From: Candidatus Poribacteria bacterium
GTDB lineage: Bacteria > Poribacteria > WGA-4E > WGA-3G
Direction: 5' to 3'
NCBI GenBank assembly: GCA_965242965.1
Contig: OZ251518.1
Location: 3,200,001 to 3,264,000 of the forward strand
Length of the DNA stretch: 64,000 nt
The position numbers were made by a program, and so were the translations under genes. Positions 36,498 to 45,125 of this stretch are shown here, in pieces. Within the stretch, counting starts at the first letter, position 1, and each line of letters opens with the position of its first letter. Under the pieces are notes generated by a model. It saw only the letters and a program-made list of their open reading frames with translations, had not been told where the DNA came from and did no database searches.

Positions 36498-39400
36498 ATG
36501 AAAAACATTTTTGTCTTCCCTTTTGTCTGTCTTTGCCTCACGCTTTCGTTCATAAGCATGGCAGTGTCCGTGCAAGCGCACATGACGCAAGTGACGACAG
36601 CCCAAGGCATTACCGTGAACTTCACGCTGCCCGAACTCGCGCAAGAAGAAGTTGCGTTTGATGGAAACACCTATCAACACGTGCGGTATGTCGATTGCGG
36701 TTTCACAGCAGAACCCGGCTATCCGCAGGTGCCTGTCACCCGTGTCATGCTCGGTGTGCCGCTTGACATGGACATTATAGTAGATAACATCGCCGCATCC
36801 CCTGTCCGCACCGTTACCGGCGTGCGGCTCCCTCCAGTGCCCATTCACGGCCAGTGGCATGAAAGTGGGCATGAAAGCGGCACAGAAGGTGTCGTTTCAC
36901 GTTCCCTAACGTGGCGCGCTACCGTGAACCAACGTGAACCCTATCCCGCGCCGCCGCTTGCCCGCATTGTGCAAGACGGTATGCTTCGCAGTCAGCGAGT
37001 AGTCGTGCTAGAACTCACGCCAGTGCAATATCTCCCACAAGCACGCCAACTCCGGACGTATGCACAGCTGACAGTGCACCTCCGTTTCCAACCAAAGACT
37101 GGAAACGTCAGCACAAGCATTACTCGGAAAACTAGCAATCGACAACGTCGATTGCGGGTTACGCCGAGGCAGGTTCATGCACCAACCAACCTAACCGAAC
37201 GCCTTGCGAACGACGAAATAACGAACGTATTGCGAACGACAGAAGAATCCGATGTCTATGAAAATGCATTGTCTCGGCAATTGCTGAACGCCGAAGCCGC
37301 ACGTCAGTTCCGTGCACCGCGTATGCAAGCCCCTGCAGCCCCCGCAGGTTTCGCTCCCGCGCCAGAAACTTCCCTTCGCTATAAACTCTCCATTGAGCAG
37401 AACGGCATCTATCAGCTCACCGGTGAAAGTTTATCCCGCGATTTCGGCATTGAGCTCATCGGCGCAGACCCGGGCACTTTTCGGTTGTGGCACAATAATC
37501 GCGAAGTGCCCCTCTTCATCAACGGTGCAAGCGACGGACGTTTTGACGCAGCCGATGCATTCTTCTTCCTCGGCAAAAAGACAGATAACCCATATACCCG
37601 TTGGAATGTCTACTGGCTCACCGTGGATACCCCAGGACACCCCGCGCGCGTGCCGCTCCTCAACGCGAGTCCCGGCGATGCAACAGCAACGCAAGTCCCA
37701 ACCTTCCGTTCCACAGTAACATTTGAAGAAGACAAACTCACAAGTAACCTTGAATTTCTCAAACCGCATGCAGTCACCGATGGCGACAAACACGCATGGT
37801 TTGAGGCGTTAGACTTCTGGTATTGGGATGGCATCAAAAACGGAAGCGATACCGGCGAGATGCGCCTTGAATTTCCACTCTACGACGTGGCGAAGAGTTT
37901 CGATGCGCCGTTCATCAGCGTCGATTTGCAAGGCGGCACACCTGTCAACCACGAGATTCTCGTCGCCATCAACGGCGTGCGGATTGACTTCGCCAAATGG
38001 GCACAACAAGATACCCTCACCGTCCAGCGCACCCTCCGCGCCTGGGATACCTTCAAAGACGCAACAGCAGGCGCATCCAACATCCTCTCTCTCGCCCGCG
38101 TCGACGATACGTTTGAAGAAGACACCCGACGCTACCCTTACCACGTCTACGTCAACCGGTTTACCGTCGAATACACCCGTCTTTTCCGTGCCGTTTACGA
38201 CGAACTCACCTTCTCCGCCAAAGGCGTTACCGATGAAAAGGAACCGCGCACCGGCAGGAAATTGCAGTATAAAATCCACGACTTCCGCAACCCGAACGTC
38301 CATATTTTTGAAACCGATGGCATGCAGCTGGTAGCCAAGCTAGGCGGCCTTGCGATAGAAGCCGCCCCTGTTCGTGGTGAAGCACGCAAACGATGGCACC
38401 ATCTCGCCAATCAAGAAAAAGTAGAAATCGACAACGTCGATTTCGGCACTACGAAGAGAGATGTTCAAGCACCAACCACCTACGCCGAACGCCTTGCGAA
38501 CAACAAAAAAGCTTATGCCGCCACTTTTCAGGTGCCAGATACACGCCAAAGCCAATTCATCGCCGTCTCCGAAGACGCGTTACGTCTCCCAACCCGGATA
38601 GAGACAGTGCAACCCAGTGAATTACTGTCCGCCGCCAACGGTGCCGATTACCTTGTCATTACCCATCCCGTCTTCCTGCAACCTGCCCAACGATTAGCAG
38701 ACTGGCGCGCGCAGCCCGAAGGCGGCAGTTACCGCACAAAAGTCGTCACCACCGACGCAATTTACAACACCTTCGGCGACGGCAGTGTGCATCCGAAAGC
38801 AATAAAAGCCTTCCTCACACATGCCTATCACCACTGGATGCCGCCCGCACCCACCTACGTCGTCCTTTTCGGCGACGGCACCTTTGACTTTCGCGGTATC
38901 GATACCGAAGTACATCCCGAACCGCCCGAGCTCGCCGGCTATATCCCCACACACTACATCCACACCGACGCATTCGGGCGCACCGCGTCAGACCACTGGT
39001 ATGTCACCCTCTCCGGTTATGACGAATTTACCGATGTCTATATCGGCCGGCTCACCGTTGAAACCACCGCAGAGGCAGACGCAGTTGTTGACAAAATCGT
39101 CGCTTATGAACAACGTCTCCCGAACGGTGCCTGGCGCAGACGAATTATCTCCGTCGCCGATGACGAAGTCAGCAACTCCGGCGATTTTATCTTCAAAAAG
39201 AGCCTCAACGAAATCGCCAAAAACCACACGCTCCTCGGCTATGAGACAGTAGAAGTGTTCTTAGAAGATGTCATTGACGAAGTAGAAGCACGCCCCGCGG
39301 ACTACCCCAATCTGTTACCGCAGCGCGTCGCCAAAAACCGCATTATTGACGCACTCAGTGAAGGTGCCATCATCGCGCAATATGCAGGACACGGCGGACG

Positions 39401-42400
39401 CGTCGTCTGGGCACATGAAGCCATTTTCGATAACGCCGCCATTGACAGACTCGACGAAACATCGCAGACACCCTTTATGCTCGTGCTCAGCTGCTATAAC
39501 GGCTATTTTGATGAACCCGGCGAACCCAGCATGGCCGAGAAACTCCTGCGCAAAGAACGCGGCGGCATCATCGGCATGCTCAGCGCAACACGACTCACCT
39601 ACGCAGGCGGAAACGACGCACTCAACCGCATCATCTTTGACATGATTTTCAAACGGAACGTGCGACGACTCGGGCCCCTCAGCTTCGATTCCAAAGTGGA
39701 GCTGCTACTAACAGAAGGCACAGGCCAAATTGATGTGATGATGGAGTATACACTCTTCGGAGACCCGGCCTTACAGATTGCCACACCTACTTATGAGATT
39801 CGTCCACAAATCCAGACGAAAACAGTCGCACCCGGTGACACGCTTCGCATCGCGCCCGGATATGTTGAGAGCGTGCAATACGATGCCACGCACCAGACAA
39901 AGCGTTGGGCACCACACAGCACGTTTGACGGCCCACTCACCGTCAAAGCACTCTTCCCCGGCAAGACGGCGATTGGGCAAGGTGTCGCCGGACCCGTGGA
40001 ATACTATACCGGTGATGTGATTGTCACACAGACATTGCAAGTCACAGGCGGTGCCTTCCCCAGCGTGAACCTCGCTGTCCCCCGGAACATCGCATCGGGC
40101 GACGCGCACGTCGAATACTACGCAGAGAGCACCGATACACTTGCCGTTGGCGGCGATGGGTTCACCGTCAATGTGCCAAAAATTCTAGACATTGTCCCCG
40201 AATTAGTAGGCCAAGAAACGTGGACGCTTGCCGTTCAGGTATCCGATGATAACGAACAACTCGCCGCTGTCACCGTAGAATGGCGGAATCCGCAAACGCG
40301 GCAGTGGGAAGTAGTCTCCCTTGTCCCGCGAGCAGAAGAAATCGGATGGTGGACACTGCCGAATCCATTGCCCGCGCCAACAGACGGCTCAGTTATCCGC
40401 TATGAAATTACCGTGACAGATACCGATGACACCAGCGTCAGGACAGACATTTTACGCTATTATCCTTATGTCTATCCGAATCTCTCTGTCGTTACGGCAG
40501 CGGGTGAAGATGTAGTCCGGTATGGTTACAACGATGGGGATGCAGGGGGACGTGGATGGTTTCTCGCCGCCGATGTGCAGTGCGAAGGCGTTCCGCCTTC
40601 GGTGCCTGTGACGGTAGCGTTCTTCCGTGGCACGCCGGATAAGGACGAAGACGATGTGCTGGATGCGGATGCAACGCCGCTGGGGATGGGGCGCATTGCG
40701 CCAACTGCCTGGGTAAGCCACAATCCTTTAAACGTAATCACCGACAACGCTGATGATGGCACTATGGAGAGAGCGGCTCAAACAGCAAAAGTTTATGAAC
40801 CAGATGTGCTGAATACGCTCCCGATTGCAACCGCTGCACTGGCCCACGAACTCCCGTTTGGCACGCATGACATCTTTGTCGTGGTGGATAGCGCAGCGAT
40901 TGTGCAAGAGAACGACGAGGAAGACAACATCGGGCACCGCCGGATGCAGGTGGATATTGGGCTTATCGGGCCGCAATCCACTCAGATTCGGAGTCTTGAT
41001 GGCCACAGCGCGCTCACCGCGCCGCCAAACGCGCTAGCGACACCAACGGTAATGGCGATGCGGCCGCTGAACGATACATCGGAACTCGGGCTCTTCACGG
41101 GCGAACGGATACCCCTTCCGGGCAAGGAAACCCTCGCCTACGATATGGTGAGGATTCCTACCGAGACAGCGGAACAACTTCACCCATTTGCGATGCCTGT
41201 GACTATTGACTTAAGTCTAGATATGGCAGAACTCCGACGCAACTTAACGCGAGAATTATTCGGCGATGCAGAAGCAACAGAGGTTTCCGATGGAGTAACG
41301 GACACCCTTGTAGTCTCCGAAGCGGTTACCTCCCGGGCGCGGGAAACGGGTGTCTATCTGTGGCACCTGCAACTCGGCAAGTGGACGCGGCTCGTATCGG
41401 TGCCGTTAACGGACGCATCCGGCACGCTGACTGAACGCATGCAGGTGACAAAAGTGTCTGAGGAGAATCGTGGCGAGGGCGGCGTGCGCGATGTCCGCAT
41501 CCAAGAACAGGGTGCACGCCTGGGCAAATGGATACTTTTTTTCACAGGGCCTCGCACTTATCGCCTGCTATTAGCACCGCTGGAAGGCGCGCCATCGGAG
41601 AACGAAAGCACTAGTTCACTGCGCCTGCTGCCGGCAGAGACGGTGGCAACCTCACGTCCGCTCACTTCCTTTAATCCGGCCTATCCGGAATGGACAGATG
41701 GGCTCTTCCTGCACATTGAACCCGACTCGGAAGAACCCTTTGCCTTCGGCGATACGTTGACATTCCGTCTCACGCGCCTTGAAGATACACCGAACGATGC
41801 AAATTCACCCAACTTCCGGTGGTATGCCTCCTCCTTCCGAAATAGCAACGAGGGAAGCGGCACCGTAAGTGCTATTCAGTTGGCACCGAACTCGGCGATG
41901 CCGGCAGACAGGTGGGTGCTCTTTTTTGTCTCGGAGAGTGAGTTTCAGATTGAGGGTGAAAAGCATGGGCTGTTGCGCGGAGAAGATGGCGCGCCGCTTC
42001 GCGGCACAAGTGGGAATCCGTTTCGGTATGCACCCTACGGACTCAGCCTGACATTAACCGAGGGGAAACGTCCCTTTACTGCAGGCGATACGTTCCTTTT
42101 TGAGACTCGCAGCGTAGCGACAATTCGAGCGACAACGCGCATATCGGGGCCTGTGACATTAATGCACAGCGCGGACACAGTGCCGCCGGACATCCAGCTC
42201 ACCATCAACTCGCAGCAGCACTTCGTAACAGGCGATGCGACAGGGACGACACCGCAGATTGGCGCGACGTTGACAGACGAAAGCGGCGTGGATTTCCTGA
42301 CGCGCCCGGTGACGCTTGAACTCGGCGATGCTACGGGTGCCTATGAACCGATTGCCACGGCGGCATATCAACTTGCACACGTGCCGGGCTCCAACCAAGT

Positions 42401-42812
42401 GGTGTTGACGTATGCCTCCCCGGAATTGCAGCCGGGCGCGTATGCGATGCGGCTCACAGCGAGCGATGTGCATGGAAACACGGCGGATGCGCGCATCGAT
42501 TTCCAAGTATACGGCACGGTATCGCTAGTGTCTTTCATGAACTACCCGAATCCGTTCGCGCGCGAGACGACGTTCTGTTGTGAACTGACGGCACCGGCAG
42601 ATGAACTTGAAGTCAAAATTTATACGCTGAGCGGAAGGCTTATCCGAACGTTGGAGACGCTGCCGACAGCGGGATTTTTCATGCTGGACTGGGACGGCAG
42701 GGATGCCGATGGCATGGAAGTGGCGAACGGTGTCTATTTCGCGAAGATTCGCATCCAACGCGAAGGTGAAAAGGACATTACCGAAATTTTGAAGATGATG
42801 AAACTCAAATAG
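36498..42812 (+). CDS. Large C25 (gingipain/PorU-like) cysteine peptidase with propeptide and C-terminal FlgD-Ig/T9SS-like domain
   Basis: Signal peptide; EPGYPQVPV propeptide; ADYLVITH, YVVLFGDG, ASDHWY, IGRL, YAGHG (His), LSCYNG (Cys), LFGDPAL; C-terminus NYPNPF...IYTLSGRLIR...WDGRD...NGVYF. Confidence 0.88.
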   Translation: MKNIFVFPFVCLCLTLSFISMAVSVQAHMTQVTTAQGITVNFTLPELAQEEVAFDGNTYQHVRYVDCGFTAEPGYPQVPVTRVMLGVPLDMDIIVDNIAASPVRTVTGVRLPPVPIHGQWHESGHESGTEGVVSRSLTWRATVNQREPYPAPPLARIVQDGMLRSQRVVVLELTPVQYLPQARQLRTYAQLTVHLRFQPKTGNVSTSITRKTSNRQRRLRVTPRQVHAPTNLTERLANDEITNVLRTTEESDVYENALSRQLLNAEAARQFRAPRMQAPAAPAGFAPAPETSLRYKLSIEQNGIYQLTGESLSRDFGIELIGADPGTFRLWHNNREVPLFINGASDGRFDAADAFFFLGKKTDNPYTRWNVYWLTVDTPGHPARVPLLNASPGDATATQVPTFRSTVTFEEDKLTSNLEFLKPHAVTDGDKHAWFEALDFWYWDGIKNGSDTGEMRLEFPLYDVAKSFDAPFISVDLQGGTPVNHEILVAINGVRIDFAKWAQQDTLTVQRTLRAWDTFKDATAGASNILSLARVDDTFEEDTRRYPYHVYVNRFTVEYTRLFRAVYDELTFSAKGVTDEKEPRTGRKLQYKIHDFRNPNVHIFETDGMQLVAKLGGLAIEAAPVRGEARKRWHHLANQEKVEIDNVDFGTTKRDVQAPTTYAERLANNKKAYAATFQVPDTRQSQFIAVSEDALRLPTRIETVQPSELLSAANGADYLVITHPVFLQPAQRLADWRAQPEGGSYRTKVVTTDAIYNTFGDGSVHPKAIKAFLTHAYHHWMPPAPTYVVLFGDGTFDFRGIDTEVHPEPPELAGYIPTHYIHTDAFGRTASDHWYVTLSGYDEFTDVYIGRLTVETTAEADAVVDKIVAYEQRLPNGAWRRRIISVADDEVSNSGDFIFKKSLNEIAKNHTLLGYETVEVFLEDVIDEVEARPADYPNLLPQRVAKNRIIDALSEGAIIAQYAGHGGRVVWAHEAIFDNAAIDRLDETSQTPFMLVLSCYNGYFDEPGEPSMAEKLLRKERGGIIGMLSATRLTYAGGNDALNRIIFDMIFKRNVRRLGPLSFDSKVELLLTEGTGQIDVMMEYTLFGDPALQIATPTYEIRPQIQTKTVAPGDTLRIAPGYVESVQYDATHQTKRWAPHSTFDGPLTVKALFPGKTAIGQGVAGPVEYYTGDVIVTQTLQVTGGAFPSVNLAVPRNIASGDAHVEYYAESTDTLAVGGDGFTVNVPKILDIVPELVGQETWTLAVQVSDDNEQLAAVTVEWRNPQTRQWEVVSLVPRAEEIGWWTLPNPLPAPTDGSVIRYEITVTDTDDTSVRTDILRYYPYVYPNLSVVTAAGEDVVRYGYNDGDAGGRGWFLAADVQCEGVPPSVPVTVAFFRGTPDKDEDDVLDADATPLGMGRIAPTAWVSHNPLNVITDNADDGTMERAAQTAKVYEPDVLNTLPIATAALAHELPFGTHDIFVVVDSAAIVQENDEEDNIGHRRMQVDIGLIGPQSTQIRSLDGHSALTAPPNALATPTVMAMRPLNDTSELGLFTGERIPLPGKETLAYDMVRIPTETAEQLHPFAMPVTIDLSLDMAELRRNLTRELFGDAEATEVSDGVTDTLVVSEAVTSRARETGVYLWHLQLGKWTRLVSVPLTDASGTLTERMQVTKVSEENRGEGGVRDVRIQEQGARLGKWILFFTGPRTYRLLLAPLEGAPSENESTSSLRLLPAETVATSRPLTSFNPAYPEWTDGLFLHIEPDSEEPFAFGDTLTFRLTRLEDTPNDANSPNFRWYASSFRNSNEGSGTVSAIQLAPNSAMPADRWVLFFVSESEFQIEGEKHGLLRGEDGAPLRGTSGNPFRYAPYGLSLTLTEGKRPFTAGDTFLFETRSVATIRATTRISGPVTLMHSADTVPPDIQLTINSQQHFVTGDATGTTPQIGATLTDESGVDFLTRPVTLELGDATGAYEPIATAAYQLAHVPGSNQVVLTYASPELQPGAYAMRLTASDVHGNTADARIDFQVYGTVSLVSFMNYPNPFARETTFCCELTAPADELEVKIYTLSGRLIRTLETLPTAGFFMLDWDGRDADGMEVANGVYFAKIRIQREGEKDITEILKMMKLK

Positions 42813-42968
42813 GAGCAGGATTTTCAGGATTTAGGAGCAGGATTTTCAGGATTTTCAAGATTTGTAAGATGAGGGCTCTGGGGTGTCGGCAGTTGTTTGG
42901 TGCTGCCACATCTGCCTATTAGGAGCAGGATTTTCAAGATTTGCAGGATAAGAGGATTTATACGGACG

Positions 42969-44033
42969 ATGGAAAAGAGATACGACATACCAGTCAGCAG
43001 GTTGGCACTTGTGCTAACCGCCATCCTTTGCTTTGCGTTACCGGTGGATGCCGACTACACCGCCGATTTCTTGAACCTCGGCGCGGGGGCGCGCGCTTTA
43101 GGCATGGGCGGCGCGGGAATAGCGACAACGCACGATGCCACGGCGACGTATTGGAACCCGGCAGGTATGGGGCATCGCTCTGGCACAACTGCCAAGCGGC
43201 CCCGTTATGAGCTAAGCCTGATGCGTTCAACGCTGAGCGGCGTGGCGGCTTATACGTTCGTGGGTTACAGCCATCCAATAAGCGAGGAGAGTGCCATCGG
43301 CATCAGTTGGCTGCGTGTCGGTGTTGACGATATTCCACTCACGGGGCTCTCGGTGGCGAGTAAACCAGTCGGCCCGACGAACCGGCCGAAGGTTATCGGC
43401 ACATTTAGCAACACGGACAACGCCTTCCTCCTCGCGGGGGGATGGAAACTGCCATCGCCGCATCCGTTCACCTTCCGGCTCGGCGGCGCGCTGAAACTGC
43501 TCTATATTGATAGTTATCGGAATACGAACGCTATCGGTGGCGGTGGGGATATCGGCTTCCTAATTACGCTTTCGGATACCAGAAAAAGGGACATCCCTGT
43601 CCCGATGCGTAAACAAATTACCCTCGGTATCCGTGCGTGTGATATTTTTACGACGAAACTCTATTGGAACACGCCGCCGGCGACAGAAGGAGAAACGCCG
43701 CACACCGAGACGATTTTGCCTAACTTCAAATTCGGCATCGCGGGGACGCATCCGCTACCATTCCTCGGTAGCACGCTGACGCTGGCGTGTGATGCAAATA
43801 CGCAGCACGGGTTAGAACTCCATGCCGGTGCGGAACTTACACTCTTTGAACTGCTGGCGTTGCGCGTTGGGACGGATGGCAGAAACGGGACTGAATACAT
43901 TCAGCAGGTAACAGCCGGTGTCGGTTTGCAACTACGCTTCCTTACCGGGGCTGCCGCCGCTGTTGACTATGCATGGACGAATCACCCCGCGTTGGGTGGG
44001 AGTCATCGGATGTCTTTCCAAATGGGATTTTAA
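42969..44033 (+). CDS. PorV/PorQ-like (UPF0164) outer-membrane beta-barrel protein
   Basis: Signal peptide; FLNLGAGARALGMGGA...DATATYWNPAG; ALRVG; VDYA; HRMSFQMGF with terminal Phe. Confidence 0.85.
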   Translation: MEKRYDIPVSRLALVLTAILCFALPVDADYTADFLNLGAGARALGMGGAGIATTHDATATYWNPAGMGHRSGTTAKRPRYELSLMRSTLSGVAAYTFVGYSHPISEESAIGISWLRVGVDDIPLTGLSVASKPVGPTNRPKVIGTFSNTDNAFLLAGGWKLPSPHPFTFRLGGALKLLYIDSYRNTNAIGGGGDIGFLITLSDTRKRDIPVPMRKQITLGIRACDIFTTKLYWNTPPATEGETPHTETILPNFKFGIAGTHPLPFLGSTLTLACDANTQHGLELHAGAELTLFELLALRVGTDGRNGTEYIQQVTAGVGLQLRFLTGAAAAVDYAWTNHPALGGSHRMSFQMGF

Positions 44034-44052
44034 TGAACGATTCTGTTTTCCC

Positions 44053-44360
44053 CCGTAGGAGAGACCTCCTGGTCTCGATGCAAGCGATGTCCCCGTAGGA
44101 GAGACCTCCCGGTCTCGATTTCTTCCTCCCGGTCTCGATGTGTTTCGTATTGGGACAGGGATGTCCCCCCTACCGGGAAAACCTCAAAACACCCGCTGTC
44201 GTTTGCAATCGCCGGATTACAAAGCGTTCAGGCGCAGGCGCGCCGGTCCTATAGGCGGGGCTCATTGCTCTCGTTTGCGAGATTGAAGTCTGGCAGCATC
44301 GAGACCAGGAGGTCTCTCCCACCAGGAAGGCATCGAGACCAGGAGGTCTCTCCTACCGGT
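44053..44360. repeat. Class B/D REP cluster between convergent genes
   Basis: gtaggagagacctcctggtctcgat copies with inverted partners. Confidence 0.85.
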
Positions 44361-44404
44361 GATGTGGGGAACCTGTCAATGTCTCTCTTCTTGGTGCTGT
44401 AAGT

Positions 44405-44827
44405 TTAACCGTTCCCTGCTAATCTCCTCAGCATTTGTGGCGGCGTAAGAACGGGAATGTCGCTCGCCGCGAATCCTGTGGCATCACGGGTAACAATCAC
44501 ATCAAGTTGCATGCGCGTTGCGCAGGCAATCTGCAGATTGTCCTCAAAATCGGGACCCTCAAGCGTTGCTGCCGTCTGGAGTTCCTCAATCCCGACTGGG
44601 ATAATGGGCAGGTGGTTCAAAATGTAGTGAACCGATTGCCACGCTTTTGCAAGCCCCGCATGACGGTGACTGAGGTAAAAAATATCTGTGAGCGTCGTCG
44701 CCGTGACATAAGCAACGAATTGCTTCTCGCGATGCGCTTCCCAAAGAGGCTTGGTATCGGTAATCCAAGGCGGCCGCTCAAGCAACGCGTCCATAACCAC
44801 GTTCGTATCCAATAGGGCGTGTATCAT
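44405..44827 (-). CDS. PIN-domain (VapC-like) toxin
   Basis: LLDTNVVMD, DFEDNLQIACA, IVTRD. Confidence 0.9.
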   Translation of the reverse strand: MIHALLDTNVVMDALLERPPWITDTKPLWEAHREKQFVAYVTATTLTDIFYLSHRHAGLAKAWQSVHYILNHLPIIPVGIEELQTAATLEGPDFEDNLQIACATRMQLDVIVTRDATGFAASDIPVLTPPQMLRRLAGNG

Positions 44828-45060
44828 TCGTATCGCTTCATGCGCTCCTCTTTGATAATTCGCTTGCATTCCTCGTCGGAGGGCGGCGGGGCATCCGTTT
44901 TAAGGATTCCAAACACCTCTTCTAGTGGGATAGTCATTGGCGGCATTAGCGGCCTCGGCGGGACCACGGTTTCCAGAATGCGCCGAGCAAGATCGATTCG
45001 CATATCCGCATCCCAGGTCTTCACCCGGTCAAGCACTTCAAAAACTTGTTCTGTATCCAT
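44824..45060 (-). CDS. Putative antitoxin
   Basis: 78 aa; ATGA overlap with the PIN gene; SD GAGGTG. Confidence 0.75.
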   Translation of the reverse strand: MDTEQVFEVLDRVKTWDADMRIDLARRILETVVPPRPLMPPMTIPLEEVFGILKTDAPPPSDEECKRIIKEERMKRYE

Positions 45061-45125
45061 GCGTTGTTACACCTCATTATTAGTGCGAAGATTGCTGGCG
45101 TGCTTCCGCACGCCAGCAACTGAAA

